DNA of 64,000 nucleotides from Candidatus Hermodarchaeota archaeon (GTDB lineage: Archaea > Asgardarchaeota > Lokiarchaeia > Sigyniarchaeales > SOKP01), in NCBI GenBank assembly GCA_048885925.1, contig JBHLLG010000001.1, positions 323,998-387,997 of the forward strand, written 5' to 3'. Under the pieces are notes generated by a model that ran no database searches, was not told the DNA's origin, and saw only the letters and a list, made by a program, of their open reading frames with translations. Positions 1-10,189 of the stretch are shown piece by piece. The position numbers and the translations under genes were made by a program. Each line of letters opens with the position of its first letter. Positions within the stretch are counted from its first letter, which is position 1.

Positions 1-202
1 TTTTTACTACTGGTTTTGCTTTAAGTTTAGAATATACTTGTTTTAAAGCAATACCAAGATCTAAAGCTAGTCCCCTTTCTCTATATAATTTACCTAATTT
101 TGAACCTGATTTAGTGGAAATAGCTTTAGGTAAATTCCTTCCACCAATATCAATCATTTCTTTAATATATGCTTGGAAAAATTTTAAAGCGTCCTTTGCG
201 AT
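1..202 (-). CDS. Hypothetical protein, 5' part (runs off window start); probable ATC start at 202, alternative ATG at 157
   Basis: Manual translation IAKDALKFFQAYIKEMIDIGGRNLPKAISTKSGSKLGKLYRERG...; GAGGTGA SD-like motif 4 nt before ATC; in-frame TGA at 212-214. Confidence 0.6.
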   Translation of the reverse strand, partial: MAKDALKFFQAYIKEMIDIGGRNLPKAISTKSGSKLGKLYRERGLALDLGIALKQVYSKLKAKPVVK

Positions 203-322
203 AAACTCACCTCAAATAACCTTTAACCCTAATTTACAAGAGGAAACGAGAAATACCAATATATAAATTTATCCATTAATGTCCAATTTGTAATAGGAAA
301 AAGTAGAATTCAGTTAGTAAAA

Positions 323-928
323 TTAATGTCTTTCATTTTTTAAAGTAAATCTTAAAAGCAGGTCTTTATCTTCTTCAGCATAATTTATTCCTATTCTTTT
401 ATTAACCACAATAGAATTATCTTTAACTTTTTCACCTTGAATGAAAAACAGTTTTGAGCTATTAGAACAGGAATCCTTCCCATTAAATTCATCCTTTGTT
501 ATTTTAAAAGCCATACATATTTTTCCAGGGCCATCAGTTAAATTCTTAAAATTTTTTCCAATTATAACATTTCTATTTTCAGTCATCAACTCAATTCCTT
601 CAATAGGAAATAATTGTCTAATCAGTACCGCACAGGGCATTCCTTCTGGTTCGGTTATAACATTTAAACAATAATACATTCCATATATCAAATAAATATA
701 AAGCGTTCCAGGCTTCATATACATTATTTTAGTCCTTTTAGTCTTTTTATAATTATAAGAATGACTAGCTTTATCATCTGGTCCAAAGTAGGCTTCTACT
801 TCCGTAATTCTCCCAACAATGCGCCCTTTTTTTGTTTCTCTTACTAAAAAATTACCAAGTAATTCTCTTGCTACTAGTTCAGTAGACCGCGTAAAAAATT
901 CTCTCTTAATTCTTTTAGATTCTATCAT
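323..928 (-). CDS. mpg: 3-methyladenine DNA glycosylase (MPG/AAG family)
   Basis: Motifs GRITEVEAY, YIYLIYGMYYCLNV, AVLIR, LTDGPGK, RIGI. Confidence 0.92.
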   Translation of the reverse strand: MIESKRIKREFFTRSTELVARELLGNFLVRETKKGRIVGRITEVEAYFGPDDKASHSYNYKKTKRTKIMYMKPGTLYIYLIYGMYYCLNVITEPEGMPCAVLIRQLFPIEGIELMTENRNVIIGKNFKNLTDGPGKICMAFKITKDEFNGKDSCSNSSKLFFIQGEKVKDNSIVVNKRIGINYAEEDKDLLLRFTLKNERH

Positions 929-1023
929 GAATCAAGACATTTTTTAAGAATTCGGTATTTAACAAAATTAACGTTACTATAAAGTATAATTTAGATTAAT
1001 TATAAGAATTTAAGGGATATAAA

Positions 1024-2109
1024 ATCAAGGCACCAGAGAGAGTATTAAAAGCAATAAATCATGAAGAACCAGACAGAGTTCCAGCTTTTGAAAGCGGCTT
1101 TACAAATAATACAATTGTAAGACATTATGGCGTTGATCCTAGTGGTGGTCGAGGTTATAGGATAATGTATGAATTCTTTCGAAAAGTTCAAATTGACTTA
1201 GTGTTAAGTTATGTTAGTCTTTTACTTAGAAAGACCATCAAACTTGGTAAATTTTACGTTGATGAATATGGACGATTAATGAAGATTGATACTCAAAAAG
1301 ATGGAACTGTAATATTAGCTTATCAAGGTGGTTATTTAAAGTCTTTTGAAGATTATGAGAGTTGGGAAAAGCCAGATCCTCATTCTGAACAAAGGTTAAA
1401 ATGGTTTTTAAATGGTAGAGCTGTACAAGAAGATTTGAATAATGAAGTTTTTTCAATTCCGGCGACAGCAAGCATTTTAGAAGGCCCCCTGGAGGGTTTT
1501 GGACTTCAAACCTTTTCAAGAATATTATCCCGCCCAAAGCAAGCGAGAAAAATTTTTGATGATTATGGGACTTTCACAGTAGAACTTGTGAAAATCTTGG
1601 CTGAAAATGATGCTCAAATTATATTATTATGGGATGATTATGGATTCAAGAATGGTTTGTTTATGAAGCCAAGTAATTTTCATAAGTATGTATTTCCTTG
1701 GTTAAAACGAGTATGCGATGCTGCTCACAAACGTGATTGTAAAATTATGTTACATTCTGATGGTGATATATTAGAGATTTTTGAAGATATTGTAAATTGT
1801 GGAGTGGATATCATAAACCCTATTGAACCAACCACGAATAATCCTGATTATGATATTTTTAAACTTCATAAAAAATTTGGAGATAAAATAACTTTTTCTG
1901 GAAATGTTAGTCCTGTATCATTGGCATTAGGAGAAATTTCTGAAATTGAGCGATATTCTAAAAAACTAATTCGTGAATTAGCTCCTGGTGGAGGTTATTT
2001 ATTTGGTTCTGGACATAGCATCCATCCAGCTGTGACAGTTGACCGTTTTGAAGCCATGCAGAATGTTAAAATAAAGTATGGAAAATATCCTATAAAGATC
2101 CCAGATTAA
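1024..2109 (+). CDS. Uroporphyrinogen decarboxylase / MtaA-CmuA-like family protein (start extended from 1165 to ATC 1024)
   Basis: Upstream in-frame (I)KAPERVLKAINHEEPDRVP is the family N-terminus; WDDYG, LHSDG, PGGGYLFGSGHSI motifs. Confidence 0.85.
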   Translation: MKAPERVLKAINHEEPDRVPAFESGFTNNTIVRHYGVDPSGGRGYRIMYEFFRKVQIDLVLSYVSLLLRKTIKLGKFYVDEYGRLMKIDTQKDGTVILAYQGGYLKSFEDYESWEKPDPHSEQRLKWFLNGRAVQEDLNNEVFSIPATASILEGPLEGFGLQTFSRILSRPKQARKIFDDYGTFTVELVKILAENDAQIILLWDDYGFKNGLFMKPSNFHKYVFPWLKRVCDAAHKRDCKIMLHSDGDILEIFEDIVNCGVDIINPIEPTTNNPDYDIFKLHKKFGDKITFSGNVSPVSLALGEISEIERYSKKLIRELAPGGGYLFGSGHSIHPAVTVDRFEAMQNVKIKYGKYPIKIPD

Positions 2110-2132
2110 TAATTATTCAAATTATTTGTATT

Positions 2133-3293
2133 TTAATAATTCCTAAATTCATTTGCAGCATCGAACATTGCTGCAATATTTTGAGGTGGAACCTCGGCTG
2201 TGATATTATGAATATTTGCCGCAACAAATCCGCCCCCAGGTTTAAAGCACTCAAAATTTCGTTTTACTTCTTCTTGAATCTGTTGTGGAGTGCCAAAAGG
2301 AAGTGTTCCTTGTGTATTGCACATTCCTCCCCAAAATGTGATTTGATCGCCAAACCTTTTTTTTAAGCTACATGGTTCCATATCGTACGCAGAGATTTGG
2401 ACCGGATTACAAATGTCATATCCAATTTCTGCCCAATGAGGAATAAATAATGGAATGGAGCCGCAACTATGGTAATTAATTTTAACATCTGCTAACTCAT
2501 GAACTCTATTAGAAAGCTTTTTTTCAATAGGCTTTATTATCTTTTCATAGACCTTTAAATTCATCCATGGACCTGCTTGAGTTGCTAAATCTCCATTTAT
2601 ACACACAATATCTAAAAATTCACCAACTTCGTTCAAAAAAGTTGTGATATAGTCTGTCCAATAAGTTAAAAATCCTTCCATCGCCGCAATTATTAATTCT
2701 GGCTTCGTAAGTAGATATCTTAATGCTTTAGTAAATCCAAAGATAAAAGTTGTATATTCAAAAACACAACCTGCGGTATGTGTAGTTAAAGCATAATTAG
2801 TTGTTTCATATAATTTTTTAGCATAATTCTTTAATCCTTTAAATGGGGATTTATCTCTACCATCAGGCCAATCATAATTTTCAATCTCACTTACTGTTTT
2901 AAAATCAGAAAAAGGATGAATAACTGGATCATAATATAATATCTCATCTAAATCCTTATTCGCAAAATTACCCCAAAAACAACCAAATTGATCATAAACT
3001 CCTACATACTTTCCTTCATATTCTACTTTAACATCTTTAACATTTATAATACTATCAAGAGGACGGACATATCTAGTGTCAATTTTTAACTTTTCTAATA
3101 ATTCTTCACAGGGAACTGCTAACTGTTGAACAAAATCATGGTATTGGATATTTTTATCTTCAATTCCGAGGTATTCTATCAGTCTTTTATAGGCTTTAAT
3201 GTGGATTCCAGAAACGTTACCCCCTAAATCAAGAGGAACCATATCTGGTTCTTTATGATTTAATGTTGAATTTACTCTTTCCCGTGAATTCAT
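2133..3293 (-). CDS. Uroporphyrinogen decarboxylase / MtaA-CmuA-like family protein
   Basis: MNSRERV..LNHKEPDMVPLD, YHSCGS, PGGGFVAANIHNI motifs. Confidence 0.88.
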   Translation of the reverse strand: MNSRERVNSTLNHKEPDMVPLDLGGNVSGIHIKAYKRLIEYLGIEDKNIQYHDFVQQLAVPCEELLEKLKIDTRYVRPLDSIINVKDVKVEYEGKYVGVYDQFGCFWGNFANKDLDEILYYDPVIHPFSDFKTVSEIENYDWPDGRDKSPFKGLKNYAKKLYETTNYALTTHTAGCVFEYTTFIFGFTKALRYLLTKPELIIAAMEGFLTYWTDYITTFLNEVGEFLDIVCINGDLATQAGPWMNLKVYEKIIKPIEKKLSNRVHELADVKINYHSCGSIPLFIPHWAEIGYDICNPVQISAYDMEPCSLKKRFGDQITFWGGMCNTQGTLPFGTPQQIQEEVKRNFECFKPGGGFVAANIHNITAEVPPQNIAAMFDAANEFRNY

Positions 3294-3405
3294 AAATATA
3301 TATTAATTTTTTTAATTTTTAAATAGTATTGTAAGAAAAGTACAAAAATTTAGATTGATCACTGTTTTTTAGGACCTTAAGAATTAAATGACAATAATTC
3401 ACTTT

Positions 3406-4944
3406 TTAAAAAATGACTTTTTCTAGATATACTCGTTTCCGGAGCATTCGTAAGAGTTGATCATCTAAACGAGCTAACTCTATACGTTCAGCAATAACAG
3501 CTTTTGAATCTTTAAATCTCTCCCACTTATCGATATGCTTTTGTAATTCATCTTGTTCATTTAAAATTCTTACGATTAGTAACTTTATACCGTATTTTTC
3601 AGCTATTCGATGAGCTTTAATTAAAGATCGTTGAGCTTCGTTTAAGTCCAAGGTGATTAATTCTAATTTAGCTTGTAATAGGTATGTTTCAGCTAATAAT
3701 GAATATGAATGATATTTTTTTGCATTCTCTATTAAGTGGTTTACATGCAGCTGTATCATATCGAGTAATTTTAGATCATTAGTATTTTTTAGATTAATTA
3801 ATAGTAAATCACAGAGTTCGAGCAATGCAGCAATATAAACGCCAAAATCAATAACCTCTTCATTTATTATTTGCTCTAATAATTTTTTAGCAGTAGTAAG
3901 ATTGAGCACTTGGGGATCTTTTTTAAATATTAGGGCTTTATTAAACCTAAATAACAGATTAATTAATTTTAGGGTCTTTTCTTCTTTATATATTTGTTTT
4001 AAACGGTTGAAATATAGAAGTGCTTGTTTGAGATCACTCTTTTCAAGTGTTAAACGAATTAGACTGTCGAGAACAAAGCAAATGCCTTTAGATTCCCCGA
4101 TTTCTTCATATAAAGCTAAGCTTCTCGTAAAATATCTTTGAGCACGATCAAATTCTCCCTTTTGTGTATAGATGCATCCTAGATTATTAAGAGTTGCACT
4201 AAAATGCGATTTATTATTAAGACGTTTAAAGATTTTACGAGCCTTCTTTGTATATTTAATACAATTATCTAACTCACCCTTCTCACCATATATCACAGAA
4301 AGATTGAGAAAACTCCATACTATAATTGTTTGATTTTGCATTAATTTTGCTATTTCAAGACATTGGTCAATATAAAATAGTGCACGATCAATTTCACCTT
4401 TAGATGTATAATAATCTCCAAGTAACATAAGACATTTGAAAATTATTCCCTTATTATCTGTTTCTTTTCCCAATTCTAGACCCTGTTTTAAAAATTTAAC
4501 TTGTAGTTCTCGTTTTATTTTATCCCTGTAGGTTAAACCTTTAAGTAAAGCTATCCAAGCTTCTCTTTTTTTAATTTCTAATGAAGATTCATCATTTAGT
4601 GTTTTAAGCAATCTTTCACCTTGTTCAAGGATATCAAGCACATCATCTAATCTTCTAAGCCAATATAAAGCTCTACATTTAAGAATAAAAGCATCAACTA
4701 TTCGTATTTTTTTCGCAATTTTTTGACTTTCTTGAGCAATTCGTTCAGCCAGACTGACAACCTCATTATATTGCCCTAACATTACCATAGCTGAACCTTG
4801 AATGAGATCGCTTGAAAGCTGTTCAATTGGAGAAAGGCTTCCCTTTTTTTCAAGATCAGATATGATCTGTAGAACCTCTTCATATTTCCCTTCTTCATCA
4901 AGTTTTTCTGCTAATTGTAAATCCTTATTTATTGAACTCTGCAT
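3406..4944 (-). CDS. Tetratricopeptide-repeat protein (module 1)
   Basis: TPR units such as TLNNLGCIYTQKGEFDRAQRYF; paralog of 6989..8404. Confidence 0.85.
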   Translation of the reverse strand: MQSSINKDLQLAEKLDEEGKYEEVLQIISDLEKKGSLSPIEQLSSDLIQGSAMVMLGQYNEVVSLAERIAQESQKIAKKIRIVDAFILKCRALYWLRRLDDVLDILEQGERLLKTLNDESSLEIKKREAWIALLKGLTYRDKIKRELQVKFLKQGLELGKETDNKGIIFKCLMLLGDYYTSKGEIDRALFYIDQCLEIAKLMQNQTIIVWSFLNLSVIYGEKGELDNCIKYTKKARKIFKRLNNKSHFSATLNNLGCIYTQKGEFDRAQRYFTRSLALYEEIGESKGICFVLDSLIRLTLEKSDLKQALLYFNRLKQIYKEEKTLKLINLLFRFNKALIFKKDPQVLNLTTAKKLLEQIINEEVIDFGVYIAALLELCDLLLINLKNTNDLKLLDMIQLHVNHLIENAKKYHSYSLLAETYLLQAKLELITLDLNEAQRSLIKAHRIAEKYGIKLLIVRILNEQDELQKHIDKWERFKDSKAVIAERIELARLDDQLLRMLRKRVYLEKVIF

Positions 4945-5064
4945 ATATCAAAAAGTCGTAATAAAATTTGAATTCTTAAAGAATTGTGGATTAATAAGAA
5001 ATAAGATTAAGTTAATATAAAACTATTCTTCTTTTAAGGCTAGTAATATCAGATATGATTTTGA

Positions 5065-5820
5065 TTATTCTCTCTTTAAAAACATCTCTTTTTTCAATTC
5101 AAATATAGCCTTTAAAGGTATTGATGCGTCAAAATAAACAAATGCATTCTCTGTATTTAGTTCTTGTTCTCTCGCAAGTTTCTCTAATTTTAACAAATAT
5201 TCTAAACGAATATCTAAGAATTTATTGAAATATTCAGGGTTAAAATATAGAATATTAAACCAAGGTTCATTTTTATCTGAAAGGTACATTTCATAAATTT
5301 GTTTTGCATGATCTATATCATCCAATTGGTCTTCAAAAATATTTAGTAGGGGAGTCAAGAGATCAAGTAACTTATGGTAATTATAAATAGCACTTCTATA
5401 ATTATTAATTTTTGATATATAGAATTTTCTGAGCTCAATGGGATCTTTCGAGTATTCTAATTCGTCTATATTTGTTAAATTTCTCTCTTTAATTTCTTCA
5501 TTTATTCTATAGAATTTAGCTGGAATTTTTTCTCCTTCATTTTTTTTCTTTTTCGCTCTTCTTGATTTAACTAAACCGTCTTGTTCCATCTGTATTAATA
5601 CTCTTGATACAGTAGCTTTGCTTTGTTTTACTAGGTGTGAGATTTCTGTCACATTCAATTCATTATGTAGTTTTAGAATCATCCAAATTTCATAACGTAA
5701 TTTATGTTTATCTATTAATTGGATCCAATCTTGTTCTATTATTGCATCCTTGTAATAAATTTGTTTGTTAGATAAACCTTTAACATTTTTCTCCATATTA
5801 TTGTTCATATTATAATCCAC
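5065..5820 (-). CDS. Winged-HTH (ArsR/MarR-like) transcriptional regulator (module 1)
   Basis: LRYEIWMIL..ELNVTEISHLVKQSKATVSRVL HTH; paralog of 8424..9119. Confidence 0.82.
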   Translation of the reverse strand: MDYNMNNNMEKNVKGLSNKQIYYKDAIIEQDWIQLIDKHKLRYEIWMILKLHNELNVTEISHLVKQSKATVSRVLIQMEQDGLVKSRRAKKKKNEGEKIPAKFYRINEEIKERNLTNIDELEYSKDPIELRKFYISKINNYRSAIYNYHKLLDLLTPLLNIFEDQLDDIDHAKQIYEMYLSDKNEPWFNILYFNPEYFNKFLDIRLEYLLKLEKLAREQELNTENAFVYFDASIPLKAIFELKKEMFLKRE

Positions 5821-5932
5821 TTTAACTAAGTCGTTAACTTTTTTTAACTTTTATAAATATAAATAAATTTCTTTCACAATTTTATAAGTAAGACGGGGAA
5901 AAAGTCTCTTAATTTTTTATATTAATTTAATC

Positions 5933-6025
5933 ATATATATAAAAGTAATAATAACATTTAAATATGAGCCTTTCCATTTATTAATATGATGAGCCGTCTC
6001 AGATTTCGGGATAATGGAACGGCTT
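5933..6025 (+). promoter_or_regulatory. Divergent promoter/operator, copy 1
   Basis: TATATATAAAAGTAATAATAACATTTAAATATGA block shared with 9263-9360; inverted repeat AGCCGT...ACGGCT; half-sites CCTTTCCAT and ATGGAACGG. Confidence 0.6.
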
Positions 6026-6084
6026 TTTGGAATAATTAAACCACAAAAATTTTCTAATAAATAATTGAAAAAGAGGTAATAAAA

Positions 6085-6471
6085 ATGACTAAAGAGATTT
6101 TAAAAATAACTAAAATAGTTTTTGTCCTTCAAGCTATAGTTGGTGTGATTTTTGGACTGTTTTTTGTATTTGGTGCGGAAATGATGTTTGAAATATATAA
6201 TTGGCCTTATAATGCACCAGTTTTTAGCAGATTACTTGGAATGGACTTTATTGCACTTGCATTTCTACTTTTATTATCATATCGAGAGAATGAATGGGAA
6301 AAAGTAAAAAATATTGTAATTTATATGATTGTTTGGACAGTTTTAAACTCAATAGCATTCATCGTACTTCATATCATATTTGCGCTTCCTATATTAAATT
6401 TAACTAATATAGTTCAGTACATTATATTCGCTGTGTTATATTGCTATATATTTATACAACAACGAAAATGA
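6085..6471 (+). CDS. Small four-TM membrane protein (module 1 cargo)
   Basis: GAGGT SD; four hydrophobic segments. Confidence 0.8.
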   Translation: MTKEILKITKIVFVLQAIVGVIFGLFFVFGAEMMFEIYNWPYNAPVFSRLLGMDFIALAFLLLLSYRENEWEKVKNIVIYMIVWTVLNSIAFIVLHIIFALPILNLTNIVQYIIFAVLYCYIFIQQRK

Positions 6472-6486
6472 AGGGACTCAAATTTT

Positions 6487-6590
6487 AAATCAAAATAAAA
6501 GAATGGAGGAATAAGTTTTAACATCAGGATTCTCGAATGACCACACCTAAACCAATCTTCCTCCATTCTATATATCCTTTTTTTTTATTT
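6487..6590. repeat. Conserved structured 3' element, copy 1
   Basis: Stem AGAATGGAGGA/TCCTCCATTCT around 22-nt core TTCTCGAATGACCACACCTAAA (6530-6551), identical at 10234-10255; T-run follows. Confidence 0.8.
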
Positions 6591-6612
6591 AAACTTAGTT
6601 GAGAAAAAAATA

Positions 6613-6783
6613 TTATTTATTTCTTTTTTTAATAAAGTCTTCTATAAGGAAGAATTCAAGTTTCGCATTACAAGCTACAAATGGAAATTTTACGGTAATT
6701 GATAATTCTTGGATAATTTCAGTTCCATCTAAAGAAAAAATTTTGCCTCCTGCTTCTTGTAATATTAATGTTCCTGCTGCAAG
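6613..6783 (-). pseudogene. Diverged duplicate of the 3' end of the inositol monophosphatase gene
   Basis: Translates LAAGTLILQEAGGKIFSLDGTEIIQELSITVKFPFVACNAKLEFFL versus VAAGILILNEAGGKIFALDGKEINTDLSINVKFPFIACNAKLELFL in 10350..11180; no 5' part. Confidence 0.9.
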
Positions 6784-6988
6784 TATTTACTCTTTATCTT
6801 GAATTCATTAGTAAATAGTCATATAATTAATTATAAATATTTTTTATAATCTTGAATTTGAAAAATGTATAAATATTAACTAAATAATTTTAGTATCCAT
6901 TTTTTTAGAAGTTAAAAATTGGTTAAAAAAAAAATAATTAAAAACAATTTTTACATTATATATATGAAATATTTTCCCTTCTTGGAAG

Positions 6989-8404
6989 TTAATTCTTATG
7001 TCGCTTTTTAAGCATACGCCTTATTTGGTTATTTAAGTTTGCTAAATCCAAACGATTTGATAAATTGGCATTAGATCTTTTTAAATTATCCCATTTATTT
7101 AATGCCTTAGATAGTTCCTCTTTTTCAGTTTTAATCTGTGTAAGTAAAAGATCTAAGCCGTATTTTTCAGCTATATGAAATGCTTGAGCAACTAATTGCT
7201 GAGCTTTTTCAAATTCAAAAGTTACTAACTTTAATTTAGCTTGAAATAAGTGAGTTTCAGCCAATAACCAGTAAGACTTTTGTTCCTTAGCGATGTCAAG
7301 TAGTTGTTGAATATAGAGGTTAATATCATCTAGAATTTTAATATTATTAGTCTGATATAATTCTAATAGAAATAATTCACAGAGATTTAGTAAAGCAACA
7401 ATTTTTCCTTCATAAGTTATTTTATTCTTTTCAAGTTCTTTTTTAAATAACTCTATTGCTCTTATTTTATCAGCATCATTCGGGCTCTTTTTCAGCACTA
7501 TTGCTTTCGTCAGATCGTATATATTGTATCCTAACAGATTTTTATCCCTTCGATCAATAAATTTTTTCATGGATTCTAAACATTCTTGAGCAGTTTCAAA
7601 AGAATCCATCTCGATAGCTAATCGGCATAAACTATCTAGAATAGCAGTAGTTTTAAAGCTATTAATTTCTTCGCAATAAGTTAAACTCTCTTTTAAATAT
7701 TTCATCGCTTGATTAAAGTCTCCCTTTTCTTGGAATATAGTCCCGATATTGTTTAGGGCTCCTATAATATTTTGTTTGTCGTTTATTTCTTTTGCAAGTT
7801 TTAACCTTTGTTCATTATAATTTTGAGCAGTATCAAAATCTCCTTTCCAATGAAAAAAATAACCAAGAATTCCTGCATTAAGCATAATTAATCTTTTATT
7901 ATTAATTTCATGCGCAATTTGTAAACCCAACTCTCCGTGTCTAAAAGATGAATTTAAATCACCTTTCCTAGCATAAAGATAGCCTTTTAGATACATTAAA
8001 TAAGCATTTCTTTCTTTGAAATCAATGGGTGAAATTCCATCAAGCTTGTTAAGAATCTGTTCAGCTTCAATTATTATATCAAATCCCTCATTATATCTAT
8101 CAGAGTATCTTAAAATATTGCATTTACTCAGAATTATATCTAGAGTAAGAAGATTTTCTTTTAATTGTTGACAATCTTTATAAGCCAGTTCAACATATTT
8201 GATCGCTTCATCCATATATCCTTGTTCAAAAAGGAGAGAGCCTTTAAGATAATAACATTCAATTTGTTCTTGAAATGAAAGCTCTTTCTCATTTTCAAGT
8301 TTATTTATAATTTGGAGAGCTTTTGCGAATTCTCCATTATCCTTGAGTTGGTTCACATGGGTTAACCGTTCTGAAATTGAATATTCCATATTCTTAAAGC
8401 TCAT
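6989..8404 (-). CDS. Tetratricopeptide-repeat protein (module 2)
   Basis: TPRs (ALNNIGTIFQEKGDFNQAMKYL); C-terminus SYWLLAETHLFQAKLKL matches 3406..4944. Confidence 0.85.
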   Translation of the reverse strand: MSFKNMEYSISERLTHVNQLKDNGEFAKALQIINKLENEKELSFQEQIECYYLKGSLLFEQGYMDEAIKYVELAYKDCQQLKENLLTLDIILSKCNILRYSDRYNEGFDIIIEAEQILNKLDGISPIDFKERNAYLMYLKGYLYARKGDLNSSFRHGELGLQIAHEINNKRLIMLNAGILGYFFHWKGDFDTAQNYNEQRLKLAKEINDKQNIIGALNNIGTIFQEKGDFNQAMKYLKESLTYCEEINSFKTTAILDSLCRLAIEMDSFETAQECLESMKKFIDRRDKNLLGYNIYDLTKAIVLKKSPNDADKIRAIELFKKELEKNKITYEGKIVALLNLCELFLLELYQTNNIKILDDINLYIQQLLDIAKEQKSYWLLAETHLFQAKLKLVTFEFEKAQQLVAQAFHIAEKYGLDLLLTQIKTEKEELSKALNKWDNLKRSNANLSNRLDLANLNNQIRRMLKKRHKN

Positions 8405-8423
8405 ATTGATATAATTCTATTTA

Positions 8424-9119
8424 TTATTTTTGCTTCAACTTTTTATTTAGTTCAAAAAACGCGGAATAGGGTAATGAAAGATCAAAATATTCAATAGTAT
8501 TTTCTTCATCTAATTCTTTTTCCATTAATAATTTTTGAAGTTTCATCATATACTCAATACGTAAGTCTAAGAAGTCCTTATATCGCTTTTCGTCAATCCG
8601 AATATAAAAAGATGTTGGCTCATTCATCTCTGATAAAAATTCCTTATACGTAATTTTAGCTTGTTCGATATTTTCAATATCTTTTAATTGTTCCTCAAGA
8701 TAAATTAACAATGTTTTCAAGTATTCAAATCGCTTTTCCAAGTCTTTCATGATTTTTCTAAATTCATTAATCTTTGAAAAATAATAATTTTTTATTTGTT
8801 CTGGTTCTTTAGGTAAATTATTTTCATCCCATTCCTCTTCAACCTCTTGAAATTTTGGATTAATTCGAAAAAATTTCGGTGGAATTTTTTCTCCTTTCTC
8901 TTTTCCTCCACGTCTTGATAATAAAAGCCCATCGTCTTTCATTCCTTTTAAAACTCGCGATACTGTCGACTTACTCTGTTTTACATAATATGTTATTTCT
9001 GTAACATTTAATTCATTATAAAGATCCAGAACCATCCAAATATCATGGCGTAAGGGATGTTCATCAATTAATTCTATCCAACTTTTTCCTGTATCATGGC
9101 GTAATTTATTATTAGACAT
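8424..9119 (-). CDS. Winged-HTH transcriptional regulator (module 2)
   Basis: ELNVTEITYYVKQSKSTVSRVL; GGTGA SD. Confidence 0.82.
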   Translation of the reverse strand: MSNNKLRHDTGKSWIELIDEHPLRHDIWMVLDLYNELNVTEITYYVKQSKSTVSRVLKGMKDDGLLLSRRGGKEKGEKIPPKFFRINPKFQEVEEEWDENNLPKEPEQIKNYYFSKINEFRKIMKDLEKRFEYLKTLLIYLEEQLKDIENIEQAKITYKEFLSEMNEPTSFYIRIDEKRYKDFLDLRIEYMMKLQKLLMEKELDEENTIEYFDLSLPYSAFFELNKKLKQK

Positions 9120-9262
9120 TATTTCACCTTGTTGATTTCATATTCACACTCAATTTAAATTAATTTTTGTTATTGGGATGGTTCGCCTTTTTTGTCGGTT
9201 CTATTCCAAGATTTTAATCGTAAAACATAAAAATTTTTCATATTTCCTAAAAAACATTTTCC

Positions 9263-9360
9263 CTATATATATATAAGTAACCATAACATTTAAATATGAC
9301 CCTTCCCATATTAAATATTGAATGGGTCGTCCCATGCTTCTGTCCCGATGGGACGGTCCA
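9263..9360 (+). promoter_or_regulatory. Divergent promoter/operator, copy 2
   Basis: Same AT block as 5933-6025; inverted repeat CGTCCCAT...ATGGGACG; extra half-site CCTTCCCAT. Confidence 0.6.
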
Positions 9361-9408
9361 TAATTAAAATATTTTTAAATTAAAAAAAAAATAAAGGTGA
9401 CTCTTAAA

Positions 9409-10125
9409 ATGAAAAATTATAAAATTGTAGGGATAGTTGTACTTAGTGTATTCTTTATTCTTCCGTTTTTTGTTGTTAATGCTAAATGTACCACAACCAT
9501 AGGAGATACATCATTTCCTGCTGAAGTAGGTGATGTTATTGTTTGGGAAGTTCTTCATTCAGCTGGTGTTTCCGGTGATGTGGATGATATGGTAAATTTT
9601 ACAACCGAAGCAATATATCAAGGTCAACATGCTAGTGTGAATGCGCTATTAGTAAATTGTACACTTGGGTACTATGATGCTGAAGCCTCTCAATGGACCA
9701 CTACATATGACAATAACTTTTATATGGCTGCCAATGAAACTCAAAATTACTTAAATGTAAGCTCTCATTTTATGGATCTGGCGATATTATATGTAATTCC
9801 CACACCCATAAATTTATCATCAATTGCATTACTATTATCTAGAAATCCTCAGGTTACTAGCTACGAGGTATATAGTGATAAAGTTTATCTTTACGGGGAT
9901 AAAATACATAAATTATGGTTCAGTTCTTCAGGCATTTTGACAAGATACGAAGGTTTCGCTGGTGGCTATCCTTTTTTTAAAATAGCGTTACCTGAGGACC
10001 CTGAGGACCCTAAGGGCGGGGGTGGTGCCATTCCTTTTGGATTTTACTTCTTAATTTTTGCATTAATTAGTATTGTAGCCCTTGTCTATTATAAAAAAAA
10101 AAAAACGCATATAGAGACAATTTAA
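9409..10125 (+). CDS. Secreted/surface protein with N-terminal signal and C-terminal TM anchor (module 2 cargo)
   Basis: Signal-like N-terminus; C-terminal IPFG-hydrophobic-KKKK anchor; ATG 9409 follows GGTGA. Confidence 0.75.
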   Translation: MKNYKIVGIVVLSVFFILPFFVVNAKCTTTIGDTSFPAEVGDVIVWEVLHSAGVSGDVDDMVNFTTEAIYQGQHASVNALLVNCTLGYYDAEASQWTTTYDNNFYMAANETQNYLNVSSHFMDLAILYVIPTPINLSSIALLLSRNPQVTSYEVYSDKVYLYGDKIHKLWFSSSGILTRYEGFAGGYPFFKIALPEDPEDPKGGGGAIPFGFYFLIFALISIVALVYYKKKKTHIETI

Positions 10126-10189
10126 ATTCATGAAATCAGTTGAGAATAATATAAATGGAGAGAAAAATCAGTTGAGGGTTGTAATCTCT

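Noticed and set aside
6445-6567. Minus-strand ORF MEEDWFRCGHSRIL... through the conserved hairpin
   Set aside because: The second copy has a stop after three codons (ATG GAG GAA TAG), so the conservation is non-coding
6599-6802. 67-aa plus-strand ORF in the track
   Set aside because: Antisense shadow of the suhB 3'-end remnant
9991-10011. CCTGAGGAC tandem repeat
   Set aside because: Simple in-frame PED-PED linker duplication
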